From Clostridiales bacterium (GTDB taxonomy: Bacteria; Bacillota; Clostridia; Christensenellales; Borkfalkiaceae), in the NCBI GenBank assembly GCA_015055505.1, contig SVIB01000001.1:6563-70562 (forward strand): a stretch of DNA of 64,000 nt, given 5' to 3'. How positions within the stretch are numbered: position 1 is the first letter of the stretch; each line of letters opens with the position of its first letter. Shown one piece after another: positions 9,151-17,736 of this stretch. A program made the translations under genes and the position numbers. The notes beneath the pieces were generated by a model. The model saw only the letters and a program-made list of their open reading frames with translations. It searched no databases and was not told where the DNA came from.

Positions 9151-10323
9151 ATGCCTTTATTGGAGTTTATAAAGCAAAATTTAATAGCGTGCGGTGCGGT
9201 TTTTGTGGCTTTTGCGGTTTTAATATTGATAATCGTAATGCTTATAATCGGCCGTGCCAAAAAGTCAGGGCGTGACGAGATTGCTAAACTGATTGCCGAT
9301 ATTCCCATTGAGGAAGACGAAGTTGCGGTTTGTGATGCAAATGAAAATCAAACGAGGACTGGCGACGCCGATTTAAAGTGGCTACGCGATCAGTCTTTTG
9401 CTTGTGAAGAAATTGCCGTTACGGAAACTGACGAAAATACAACTAAAGAGGAGAACAAAATGGCTAAGACAACTACGAAAGCAACGGAAAAAGCGGTAAC
9501 TAAGAAAAAGACGGTTGAAACTAAGACAAAAGCGCCCGTAAAAGTAACGTCGGCTACCGAAAAAATTAAAGCGGCAGCGTCTAAATCGGCAAAGCCGGCA
9601 AAAAAGGCTATAGGAAAATGGGTTGTTCGTGAAAAGGGTGACGGTGAATTCGTTTCTTACCTTCACGCTAACAACGGCGAAATTATTTTAACGAGCGAAA
9701 TTTATGCAAGTGCCGATAGCGCAAAAAAGGGTATCGCAACTATTAAAAAGAGTATAGATGCGGACGGTTTCCAACTTTACTGTGACAAAAATAGAAATTA
9801 CTACTACAAACTTAAAAATGCAAGCAATAGATTTTTATGCGCAGGGGAAACATATCCCACAAAAGCCTCTTGCCTTTCAGCAGTGGAATCGGTTAAAAGG
9901 TTTGCTGATTCACCGATTTTGGACGAGATTGAAAAAGATTTGACAATAATTAAATACGTCGTTCCAAAGGCAAAAGCCGTTGAGAAAAAGAGCGGATATA
10001 GCGGTAAATGGGTAATAACCGACGTCGAAGATATGTATATTGCGCAACTTTTCGCATCAAACGGCGAACTTTTGCTTTCGAGTGAGGCGTATACGACGGC
10101 AAATTCCGCAAAGTCGGCAATAGAAACTATAACCACGAACGGTATTGCAGGTAATTTCATTATTGACGTTGACAAAAAGGGCAGATATTTCTTTAAACTT
10201 AGAAATGCTCAAAAATCCACCCTTTGCGTAGGCGAAACTTACGCCCAGCAAGCAAAGTGTGAAAGCGCGATTGAAAGCGTAAGAAGATTTTTAGCAACTG
10301 CAAAACTCGTTGAAGAAGATTAA
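9151..10323 (+). CDS. membrane-anchored protein with tandem YegP/DUF1508 domains
   Basis: It has an N-terminal TM helix, a K/A/T-rich linker, then four DUF1508-like repeats (GKWVVRE...YYYKLKNASNRFLCAGETY, and GKWVITD...YFFKLRNAQKSTLCVGETY). The ATG follows a GAGGTG RBS. Confidence 0.7.
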   Translation: MPLLEFIKQNLIACGAVFVAFAVLILIIVMLIIGRAKKSGRDEIAKLIADIPIEEDEVAVCDANENQTRTGDADLKWLRDQSFACEEIAVTETDENTTKEENKMAKTTTKATEKAVTKKKTVETKTKAPVKVTSATEKIKAAASKSAKPAKKAIGKWVVREKGDGEFVSYLHANNGEIILTSEIYASADSAKKGIATIKKSIDADGFQLYCDKNRNYYYKLKNASNRFLCAGETYPTKASCLSAVESVKRFADSPILDEIEKDLTIIKYVVPKAKAVEKKSGYSGKWVITDVEDMYIAQLFASNGELLLSSEAYTTANSAKSAIETITTNGIAGNFIIDVDKKGRYFFKLRNAQKSTLCVGETYAQQAKCESAIESVRRFLATAKLVEED

Positions 10324-10462
10324 TAGACGAAAATAAAGAAAACGGCTTTTATAATAAGGCCGTTTTTTATTGCAAAAAAATTTTTAAATTTTTTTGAAAA
10401 AGTGGTTAAAAATGCTTGCCATTTTAAAATAAATTTGGTATATTATATGAGCATTCACGGAT

Positions 10463-10538
10463 GGGAGCATAGCTCAGTTGGGAGAGCATCTGCCTTACAA
10501 GCAGGGGGTCATAGGTTCGAGCCCTATTGTTCCCACCA
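10463..10538 (+). tRNA. tRNA-Val (anticodon TAC)
   Basis: It folds as a cloverleaf: acceptor GGGAGCA/TGTTCCC, anticodon loop CTTACAA, T-loop GGTTCGAGCCC, and an encoded CCA. Confidence 0.9.
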
Positions 10539-10541
10539 TCT

Positions 10542-10616
10542 GCGGGAATGGCTCAGTGGTAGAGCGTCACCTTGCCAAGGTGAACGTCGCGAGTTCGAAT
10601 CTCGTTTCCCGCTCCA
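10542..10616 (+). tRNA. tRNA-Gly (anticodon GCC)
   Basis: It has acceptor GCGGGAA/TTCCCGC, anticodon stem TCACC/GGTGA with loop TTGCCAA, T-loop GTTCGAATC, and an encoded CCA. Confidence 0.9.
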
Positions 10617-10625
10617 CTATTTAAA

Positions 10626-10655
10626 AGTCGGCACTAAAAAGTGCCGACTTTTTTT
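10626..10655 (+). terminator. rho-independent terminator after the tRNA pair
   Basis: The stem is AGTCGGCAC/GTGCCGACT, followed by a T-run. Confidence 0.75.
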
Positions 10656-10675
10656 GTGTTAACTTTTATAAGCCG

Positions 10676-10822
10676 TTAATTTTTGTTTTTAAAACTTCCG
10701 CAACACGTACAGTCGCCGTTTGTACACGTTATTTTTACGCTATCAAGTGAGCAGTTTCTGCCGTGAAGATTGTGAGAACATTCACATACGTCGCATTTGA
10801 TATGATGATTACATTTTTCCAT
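10676..10822 (-). CDS. DUF1540-like cysteine-rich small protein (48 aa, absent from the ORF track)
   Basis: My hand translation is MEKCNHHIKCDVCECSHNLHGRNCSLDSVKITCTNGDCTCCGSFKNKN. An AGGAG RBS lies upstream. Confidence 0.6.
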   Translation of the reverse strand: MEKCNHHIKCDVCECSHNLHGRNCSLDSVKITCTNGDCTCCGSFKNKN

Positions 10823-11009
10823 AATTATCTCCTTTTGAAAAGCCTTAATTTTTATGCTTTTACGGTATTATTATGGTTATTAACGGTTTAAATTATACGC
10901 ACGGCAAACAAAAAGCAACGGTAATTGAGGGGAACCGTTGCTTTTTTATGAGGAGGGACAAAAGAACGAAGAAGTCCTTTTGTCGGTGTGATTGGGCATT
11001 TTAATTGGT

Positions 11010-11023
11010 CTATAAGTCGATTA
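11010..11023 (+). repeat. dispersed motif, exact copy
   Basis: The sequence is ctataagtcgatta, 9 nt downstream of the stop of degV (a - strand gene). Confidence 0.9.
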
Positions 11024-11032
11024 TTAGTGTTT

Positions 11033-11881
11033 TTACTTTGTTAGACCGTCGTTGATGTAAAGTATTCCTAAGGTGTTTTTACCGCAATGACTTGAAATAG
11101 TACAGCCTGCAGTAGTTACGTAAACTTTCTTAAATCCTAATTCGTAAACTATATCTTTTGCGGAGTTTATCATTTCGTCGGTTGCGTGGCTATGCGTAAT
11201 AAATATAACAGCCTTATCGGGGTTGTTGTATTTGCTAAGTACGGCGTTGCAGTATTCGGTAACACATTTGCCCATTTTTCCGCGGAATTTGTTGGTGCTA
11301 CCCATTTTGCCGTTCATAACTTCAATTTGAGGACGAATTTTAAGTAGATTTGCGCCAAGTAATGCGACAGAAGAGCATCTTCCGCCTCTATGAAGGTAGT
11401 CAAGTCTTTCAAGTACGAAACTTGCTTGAACGAAAGGTATCCTTTTTTCGACGAGTTCAACTATTTGTTTAGGGTCGTCAATAGTTTCAGTTAAAGTTTT
11501 TGCGTAAATTGCTAAAAGACCGATACCCGTTGATAACGTTCTACTGTCAATTACGAAAACGTTATTAAAATTTTTAGACGCGTTTACAGCGTTGTTGTAT
11601 GCGCTTGACATATCGGCGGAAATGTCAAAATGGATAATGGCGTCGTACTCTTTTAAAATTTCGGCAAAGAAGTCTTTAAATGCCTCTTCGTTTACGGCGT
11701 TGGTTTTGGGAAGTTGTTTGTTTTGGTCTGCCCACTCGAAAATTTCAAGAGTAGAAACTTCTCCGTCGTAGAAAAACCTATCGCCCATATTAACTCCAAA
11801 CGGAATTATTTTAAAGTCGTATTCTTCAATTATCTCTTTTGTTAAGTCGCACGCGCTATCTAACGTAACTGCAATTTTCAT
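11033..11881 (-). CDS. DegV family fatty-acid-binding protein
   Basis: It has the MKIAVTLDSACDL N-terminus and DegV-like sequence throughout. Confidence 0.85.
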   Translation of the reverse strand: MKIAVTLDSACDLTKEIIEEYDFKIIPFGVNMGDRFFYDGEVSTLEIFEWADQNKQLPKTNAVNEEAFKDFFAEILKEYDAIIHFDISADMSSAYNNAVNASKNFNNVFVIDSRTLSTGIGLLAIYAKTLTETIDDPKQIVELVEKRIPFVQASFVLERLDYLHRGGRCSSVALLGANLLKIRPQIEVMNGKMGSTNKFRGKMGKCVTEYCNAVLSKYNNPDKAVIFITHSHATDEMINSAKDIVYELGFKKVYVTTAGCTISSHCGKNTLGILYINDGLTK

Positions 11882-11969
11882 AATTTCCTCGCTAAAAACT
11901 TTGTAATTTTATTTTATAATAATTTGAAAAATTTTTCAACGTAAATATAGGCGATAATGCTATACATTT

Positions 11970-12014
11970 AAAAAACCGACGGTAGAGAAAGAAAATTCTT
12001 CTCTACCGTCGGTA
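11970..12014 (-). terminator. terminator hairpin for the carbamoyltransferase-like gene
   Basis: The 15-bp stem is ACCGACGGTAGAGAA/TTCTCTACCGTCGGT, with a T-run on the - strand. Confidence 0.6.
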
Positions 12015-12035
12015 GATTTTTAAAGTTAAACCGCT

Positions 12036-12049
12036 CTATAAGTCGATTT
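12036..12049 (+). repeat. dispersed motif copy (1 mismatch)
   Basis: The sequence is ctataagtcgattt. It lies between the stop at 12066 and the terminator hairpin. Confidence 0.85.
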
Positions 12050-12065
12050 TTACAACTTTATTAAA

Positions 12066-12980
12066 TTAAAGTTTTTGTTTTCCCACTAAAAGCGAAAGCG
12101 TTGCCATTTCAATTTCGGGAAGGTGCAAAGCCTCTTGAAGACCAACGAAACAAGGGGAGTCTATAACCTCTTCCGCAAGACCGCCGTCGGGGGTTACCGG
12201 CAAGGTGTGAAGGACTATTACGTCGGGTTTTGCATAAGAGAGATTTATAGAGTCTACCGTATACTGATAATCGAGTCCGTCGTCTGAAACGAACACAACG
12301 TCCGCGCCTTTAAGTCCTTCTTCGACGTTAGAAACTATTACGAGGTCGCCGTATTGATTGCAATGGTTTACTATTTCAGTGGACGGGTTTTTATCTTCGG
12401 GGCATACGAGGGTAATGTCGAGACCGCAGTTTGCAAAAGCGTAAATAAACGAATCGGCAAAAACTTCTGGGTTGCCTACCATAGTCGCTTTAAGTCCCGA
12501 CAGTTTGCCTTTTTTCTTCCAAACGGTGAGAAGGGCTGCAAGCGCTTCACAAGGACCGCTTTTGCTATTTGCGTTGATAACGGGTATATTGACCGCCTTT
12601 TCTATTTGTTCGGCGTCCGTAGTTTCGGCAGTTTGTACGACTATTGCGTTTATTCCGTAACCTGAAATTGCTTCCATCGTAAGTTTGTCTTTAACTATGG
12701 TTTCAAGTTCACTGCCGTGCATTGTTGAAATCATAGGTATGCCCGATAATTTGGTTACCGCCGTTTCAAAGGCGATACGTGAACGGGCAAACGAGCGTTT
12801 CGTAAGCAAAGATACGTACTTATTTTTAAGATAGTTAAGTTTTTCGCCTGCTGAAAGACGAATTGAAATTTCTTTAGCCCTGTATAAAATTTCGTAAATT
12901 TCTTCTTCAGTGTAATTTGCAAGGCTTACGAGGTGCTTTTTGTCAATAATGCCCGTGGGGCTGAATTTATTTATATCCAT
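12066..12980 (-). CDS. aspartate/ornithine carbamoyltransferase-fold protein, divergent
   Basis: The overall layout is ATCase/OTCase-like (HLVSLANYTEEEI..., VLHTLPV). However STRTR is replaced by SFARSR and HPTQ by GPCE. The ATG at 12980 has a GGGAGA RBS. Confidence 0.55.
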   Translation of the reverse strand: MDINKFSPTGIIDKKHLVSLANYTEEEIYEILYRAKEISIRLSAGEKLNYLKNKYVSLLTKRSFARSRIAFETAVTKLSGIPMISTMHGSELETIVKDKLTMEAISGYGINAIVVQTAETTDAEQIEKAVNIPVINANSKSGPCEALAALLTVWKKKGKLSGLKATMVGNPEVFADSFIYAFANCGLDITLVCPEDKNPSTEIVNHCNQYGDLVIVSNVEEGLKGADVVFVSDDGLDYQYTVDSINLSYAKPDVIVLHTLPVTPDGGLAEEVIDSPCFVGLQEALHLPEIEMATLSLLVGKQKL

Positions 12981-13145
12981 AATTTCTCCCAAATAAGTTT
13001 TAATACTTATCTTGTGATTATTATATCAATATTTATATAAAAATGCAAGAGTTTACGTAAAAGTAGTGATAAAATGGACCATTCCGTTGAAAAAACTTTA
13101 ATGCCTATGATATAATGAAACGAGATAAATCTAAAGGAGGATTTT

Positions 13146-13922
13146 ATGTTTAAGAAAATTTTCAGTTTGCTATGTTGTTTATTGTTTACTTTTTGTTTAT
13201 TTGCCTGCGAAGAAGGAAATTCGGGCGGTCAAGTAGGTGGAGAGCAAGAAGAAGAGGATTCTGCCGTTTACGATTATACCGTTGAAAAACTTGAGGTTGA
13301 AGCCGAACAAAGTTTTGCGCCTTGTTCTTTCTTTAATTTTATATATGGAAATAAACACGCGAGAAATTATTACGTCGATAGTTTAACTATATCTTTTGGG
13401 CAAATTATGTGGCAGAGTGTAAAAATTGACGGCAAAGAGTGGGGTGATTATTTGCTCGAGAAACTTCCCGAGGGTAGATACGAGATAGAAATTCAAGCCC
13501 AAATACCGTATAGCGACGTACAAAGAAAAACTTTTATAGCCGACGTAAACGTTTCGGCGAAAAATAAAGATATAACGGGCGGTATAGATTACCTTGCTGA
13601 AACCTTAACTTTAACCGAAAGGTACGTAGGAGAGCAGGCTTATTTGCAAGATTTTTTAAGTGGAAATTTCCATTATAGGGCATATTTATGGTATGCTTTA
13701 AACAGTGCGATCTACGGTAACGTGTGGGAGTACGTTTTAGTTGACTGTATAGAGTGGTCTACTTTTGATATGTTTACGAGCGAATTGCCCGTTGGGACGT
13801 ATGATATTAAGATTAAAGTTAGCGACGAATTTGTTATAAGAAAACATGAAGGCGATAAAATTATAGAAATTCCGTATCCAAGAACGTTCACAATACCCGT
13901 ACAAGTAAGGGAAAAAGCTTAG
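13146..13922 (+). CDS. hypothetical lipoprotein
   Basis: It has a signal peptide with a lipobox (LFAC) and two similar halves (LPEGRYEIEIQ and LPVGTYDIKIK). Confidence 0.5.
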   Translation: MFKKIFSLLCCLLFTFCLFACEEGNSGGQVGGEQEEEDSAVYDYTVEKLEVEAEQSFAPCSFFNFIYGNKHARNYYVDSLTISFGQIMWQSVKIDGKEWGDYLLEKLPEGRYEIEIQAQIPYSDVQRKTFIADVNVSAKNKDITGGIDYLAETLTLTERYVGEQAYLQDFLSGNFHYRAYLWYALNSAIYGNVWEYVLVDCIEWSTFDMFTSELPVGTYDIKIKVSDEFVIRKHEGDKIIEIPYPRTFTIPVQVREKA

Positions 13923-14058
13923 AATTGGACAAAATGTACAAAAAGACTAAAACGGCAAGGTGTTTTTTGTGACAAATGCTATTGTAAAACGGTTTGAAAT
14001 AGTATATAATATTATTGTAATAATATGTTCGGCAAAAGCCGAGATTTAGGAGGAAAAA

Positions 14059-15426
14059 ATGGCAAGTCTTAGATTGCAAGACATTTACAAAGTGTATCAG
14101 TCTGGCGTTGTAGCCGTAACCGACTTCACTCTTGACATTGAAGACAAAGAGTTTATCGTTTTCGTAGGACCTTCGGGATGTGGTAAATCTACTACTCTTC
14201 GTATGATAGCAGGTCTTGAAGAAATTTCTGACGGTGACCTTTACATTGACGGAAAGAGAATGAACGACGTTCAACCCAAAGATAGAGATATCGCAATGGT
14301 TTTCCAAAACTATGCGCTTTATCCTCACATGACCGTATATGACAATATGGCGTTCGGTCTTAAATTAAGAAAGAAACCAAAGGCAGAAATTGACGAAAAG
14401 GTTAAAGAGGCAGCAAGAATTCTTGGTCTTGAAACTTACCTTCAAAGAAAGCCAAAGGCTCTTTCAGGCGGTCAAAGACAAAGAGTTGCTTTAGGTAGAG
14501 CAATAGTTCGTGAACCTAAGGTATTCCTTTTGGACGAACCCCTTTCAAACTTGGATGCTAAACTCCGTGCTCAAATGAGAACTGAAATTACCAAACTCCA
14601 CCACAGACTTGCAACTACTTTCATTTACGTTACTCACGACCAAGTAGAAGCAATGACCATGGGTACGAGAATCGTAGTTATGAAAGACGGATTCATTCAA
14701 CAAGTTGACGCTCCTCAAAAACTTTACGATTATCCCGCAAACCTTTTCGTAGCAGGATTCATTGGCACTCCGCAAATGAACTTCTTCGACGCAACTTTAA
14801 CTAAAGATGCTGAAGGTAAGGTTTACGTAGAATTTGAAGGTAACAAAGTTGCTCTTCCAAAGGCTAAATCTGATAAGATTATCAACGGCGAAGAATATTT
14901 CAATACCGGTAAACCCGTTGTATTCGGTGTAAGACCTGAAGACCTTCATGATGAAGCAAGCTTTATCAATACTTCAAGAGAAACCGTTATCAACGTTAAG
15001 GTTGACGTTGTTGAAAAACTCGGTGCTGAAACCCTTCTTTACTGCGTATTCGCTAAAGACGGCGTAGATGTAACTGAAGACGGAAAAGTTAAGAGTTTAG
15101 TTGATTCTGCAACTCAAATGATTGCAAAAGTTGACTCTCGTTCAAAGACTGAAAGAGATCAAGTTATCGAACTTGCAATTGATATTATGCACAGCCACCT
15201 CTTCGATAAAGATACTGAACTTACCATTTTGGACGGTGAAGGTACTAAGGCTTACGTTCCTGTTGTTGAACTTGCTCGTCAAGAAGAAGCAAAGAAGAAA
15301 GCCGCTGAAGGCGGAGATGAAAAGGCAGTAAAGGGCAACTTCTTCTCTAAATTATTAAAGAAGAAAGACGCAACCGTTTCTACTGAAGAAACTGCTGACG
15401 ACAATCAAACTGCTGACGAAGAATAA
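14059..15426 (+). CDS. sugar ABC transporter ATP-binding protein (MsmX/UgpC/MalK type) with an acidic/K-rich C-terminal tail
   Basis: It has Walker [10 protein letters not shown], signature LSGGQRQR, Walker B FLLDEPLS and a MalK-like regulatory domain. No permease gene is adjacent. Confidence 0.85.
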   Translation: MASLRLQDIYKVYQSGVVAVTDFTLDIEDKEFIVFVGPSGCGKSTTLRMIAGLEEISDGDLYIDGKRMNDVQPKDRDIAMVFQNYALYPHMTVYDNMAFGLKLRKKPKAEIDEKVKEAARILGLETYLQRKPKALSGGQRQRVALGRAIVREPKVFLLDEPLSNLDAKLRAQMRTEITKLHHRLATTFIYVTHDQVEAMTMGTRIVVMKDGFIQQVDAPQKLYDYPANLFVAGFIGTPQMNFFDATLTKDAEGKVYVEFEGNKVALPKAKSDKIINGEEYFNTGKPVVFGVRPEDLHDEASFINTSRETVINVKVDVVEKLGAETLLYCVFAKDGVDVTEDGKVKSLVDSATQMIAKVDSRSKTERDQVIELAIDIMHSHLFDKDTELTILDGEGTKAYVPVVELARQEEAKKKAAEGGDEKAVKGNFFSKLLKKKDATVSTEETADDNQTADEE

Positions 15427-15438
15427 TTAAAACCTTAA

Positions 15439-15468
15439 ACGGGGGAGTTTTTACTCCCTCGTTTTTTT
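15439..15468 (+). terminator. rho-independent terminator
   Basis: The stem is ACGGGGGAGT/ACTCCCTCGT, followed by T7. Confidence 0.75.
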
Positions 15469-15493
15469 GATATAAAGAAAATTACTCGATAGT

Positions 15494-15536
15494 GTTATGA
15501 GCCCCAAAAGTTTGTCTAACTTTTGGGGCTCATAAC
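15494..15536. repeat. perfect 19-bp inverted repeat (43-nt palindrome)
   Basis: It reads GTTATGAGCCCCAAAAGTT, loop tgtct, then AACTTTTGGGGCTCATAAC. No U-tract follows on either strand. Confidence 0.9.
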
Positions 15537-15697
15537 ATGGGTGGGTGGACGGTTATTTAATTTACAATTTTTTATTTAAACTTAAAGCGTTAAGGTGCAA
15601 GAAGTGAAATTTTTAATTAAATTTTAATAATTTTGTAAAAATTTATCAAAAAAATAAACTTTTCGTCAAAATTCGACTATTTATACCATTAAAACGT

Positions 15698-15726
15698 TTG
15701 ACAAATTTTGTAAAAATAAGTAAAAT
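15698..15726 (+). promoter_or_regulatory. sigma-A type promoter of the Spo0A_C gene
   Basis: It reads TTGACA, a 17-nt spacer, then TAAAAT. TTCGACT and TTCGTCA boxes lie 20-36 nt upstream. Confidence 0.5.
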
Positions 15727-15759
15727 ATTAATACAAAATTAAAAACAAAGGGGAAAAAT

Positions 15760-16143
15760 ATGGAATTTAGAGAAAATGAAGACTTATGCGTTTCACGTGC
15801 AACTAAGCAAATTAAGGTTATAAACAACTTTTTTATTAAGATTGGGTTATATGCAAATTTAAAAGGATTTAATTATTTGTTAAGTGCAGTAGAAGAAGTG
15901 TTAAAACTTCCTGAGAGTATACATTCTTTAACTAAGGTGTTATATCCTAAAATTGCCGAGAAATACAGTACGACTGTGTGCGGAGTAGAAAAGAATATAA
16001 GAAACGCCATTGAAACGGCCTATACTAAGGGTAAACTTCAACAAGTGGCGAATACTTTTTACGGCGCAAATTTTGGGAAATACGAAAAGCCAACGAACGG
16101 AGAATTTATTGCGTTTTTGACAAATATAGCCGAAGTGGCGTGA
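15760..16143 (+). CDS. stand-alone Spo0A C-terminal (DNA-binding) domain protein with no receiver domain
   Basis: It aligns with the Spo0A effector domain (KVLYPKIAEKYSTTVCGVEKNIRNAIETAYTKG...KPTNGEFIAFL). Confidence 0.8.
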   Translation: MEFRENEDLCVSRATKQIKVINNFFIKIGLYANLKGFNYLLSAVEEVLKLPESIHSLTKVLYPKIAEKYSTTVCGVEKNIRNAIETAYTKGKLQQVANTFYGANFGKYEKPTNGEFIAFLTNIAEVA

Positions 16144-16283
16144 AAAGTCGAATTTTAAATAACCTAAAAAAAGCCAAAATTTTTACGGAAAAAGTCGAAA
16201 TTTATACTTGCCAAAAATTGCCAAAATTTTTACGGAAAAAGTCGAATTATAAGAAAACTGAAAATCGACAAAATTAGCCTATA
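16143..16283 (+). repeat. 47-bp tandem repeat, about 3 units
   Basis: AGTCGAA cores sit at 16146, 16193 and 16240, exactly 47 nt apart. A 27-nt block, GCCAAAATTTTTACGGAAAAAGTCGAA, is identical at 16173-16199 and 16220-16246. Confidence 0.85.
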
Positions 16284-16292
16284 AGTTGATTA
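16279..16292 (+). repeat. dispersed motif copy (C9>T variant)
   Basis: The sequence is ctataagttgatta, directly after the tandem repeat. Confidence 0.85.
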
Positions 16293-16330
16293 TTGGCTTA
16301 ATATGTGTTGCAAAACCTATCTAAAAAAAG

Positions 16331-16361
16331 AAAACAGCCCGAAAATTTCGGGCTGTTTTTT
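16331..16361. terminator. bidirectional terminator
   Basis: The stem CAGCCCG/CGGGCTG is flanked by an A-run and a T-run. Confidence 0.7.
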
Positions 16362-16377
16362 GCGTTAAACGGTTAGT

Positions 16378-17649
16378 TTATTCTACGGTTATTTTCTTCG
16401 CTCCGTCAGCGGTTATTTTGGCGTTATAGAAAGCGGTAAGACCTTTGACCGTTTGGTCGTAATCGCAAATAGCCATCGTTTCAACTGCCGAGTGCATTGC
16501 AAGTTGTGCAAGACCGATATCAACGCTACGTATGGATACTTGTTTAGAACTTATTGCTCCTAAAGTGCCACCGCAAGGGAGATCCGACCTCATAAAGAAA
16601 TCTTGATATTTTACGTTCGCTGAGTCAAATATTTTTTTGATTACAGATGCGGAAAAAGCGTCGGTTGTGTAATTTTGGTTTGCGTGGTGTTTTATAACGA
16701 TACCTTCACCCATTTTCACCTTATTTGTCGGGTCTGAAAATTCTGGATGGTTTGGGTGAGTTGCGTGCGCGTTGTCCGCTGAAACCATAAACGAGTTTGC
16801 AAGCGCTTTATCAAAATCGTCGTATTTGCCAAGGCTTTTTGCAATTCTTGAAAGAATATCAATTAAAAATTTTGAGCCTGCGCCTTGCTTTGTGGAACTT
16901 CCTACTTCTTCGTTGTCGGCAATGTAGCATACAGAAATCGTTTGTGGATTACATTTCTCAAGAGCCTCTAAAGAAGATATTGCGCTTGCGAGATTGTCGA
17001 TTCTCGGTGCGGATAAAAGTCCGTCGGTATATCCGTTTGTAAAGGGCGATTGATTGCAAACGACGTATAAATCCCCGTCTATAAGTTGTTTATCGCCACA
17101 AAACGCCTTAATTTCTTCGTCAAGACCGCCATTTGAAAACACGTCGGCGATAGGGCTTAAATCGGTTTGCGCGTTAAATTTTATTCCGTCGTTTACCGTC
17201 CTGTTGAAGTGAATTGCAACCGAAGGGATGACAAACGTTTTTTGAGAGGTAAAAGTAAGGCTTTCAAGTGTGTTTCCGTTTGAAACTATAAGCCTACCGG
17301 CAACCGTTAAGGGGCGGTCAAACCAACTGTAAAAAATACCACCGCCGTATCTTTCGACGTTGAATTTATAATAATTTTCGACCTTCATTTCAGGGTTGTA
17401 CTTAAGTTTAAAACAAGGTGAATCGGCGTGTGACGCTACTATATTAAAAGAAAAAGTTTTGCCGAGTTTAAAAGCAATAAGCGCAGAGCCGTCTCTTGAA
17501 ACGAAATATTTACCCCCTTCTTTTAAACGGAAATCCTCATTTTCTTTAAGTTCGGTAAATCCGCCTTTTAAAAGGAATTTAACCGCGTTATCATGCGCGT
17601 GATAAGCCGTTTTGCTCTTATCAAGATAGTTTATAAGTAAGTTGCTCAT
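16378..17649 (-). CDS. M18 family aminopeptidase
   Basis: It shows M18 features (SHADSPCFKLK, DNEEVGS, the metal-ligand pattern) and is 423 aa long. Confidence 0.8.
   Translation of the reverse strand: MSNLLINYLDKSKTAYHAHDNAVKFLLKGGFTELKENEDFRLKEGGKYFVSRDGSALIAFKLGKTFSFNIVASHADSPCFKLKYNPEMKVENYYKFNVERYGGGIFYSWFDRPLTVAGRLIVSNGNTLESLTFTSQKTFVIPSVAIHFNRTVNDGIKFNAQTDLSPIADVFSNGGLDEEIKAFCGDKQLIDGDLYVVCNQSPFTNGYTDGLLSAPRIDNLASAISSLEALEKCNPQTISVCYIADNEEVGSSTKQGAGSKFLIDILSRIAKSLGKYDDFDKALANSFMVSADNAHATHPNHPEFSDPTNKVKMGEGIVIKHHANQNYTTDAFSASVIKKIFDSANVKYQDFFMRSDLPCGGTLGAISSKQVSIRSVDIGLAQLAMHSAVETMAICDYDQTVKGLTAFYNAKITADGAKKITVE
17079..17092 (+). repeat. dispersed motif-like copy (2 mismatches), inside a CDS
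   Basis: The sequence is ctataagttgttta. On the coding strand it encodes K-Q-L-I-D. Confidence 0.5.
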
Positions 17650-17736
17650 AGTAAACCTCTCGTATTTAATATTAACATTATATAATATTTTGCAATTTAT
17701 GTAAAGTTATTTAATAGAATATAACGAGGTAAATTT

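Noticed and set aside
10402-10662. An 86-aa ORF spans the tRNA region.
   Set aside because: It is the translation of tRNA-Val, tRNA-Gly and the terminator, so it is not a gene.
10665-10680. Degenerate motif-like sequences occur here (TTATAAGCCGTTAAT) and at about 18813 (AATAAGTGATTGA), 21163 (TTAATCGTATAAT), 35686 (ATCAAACTTATAA) and 51683 (CTATAAGTATCT).
   Set aside because: Each needs indels or three or more mismatches, and some overlap promoter elements. I did not count them as copies, although decayed copies are possible.
16143-16283. I considered whether the tandem 47-bp repeat is a CRISPR-like array.
   Set aside because: There are only about 3 units, no unique spacers of regular size, no cas genes, and the units are degenerate in the middle. 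It is a plain tandem repeat.
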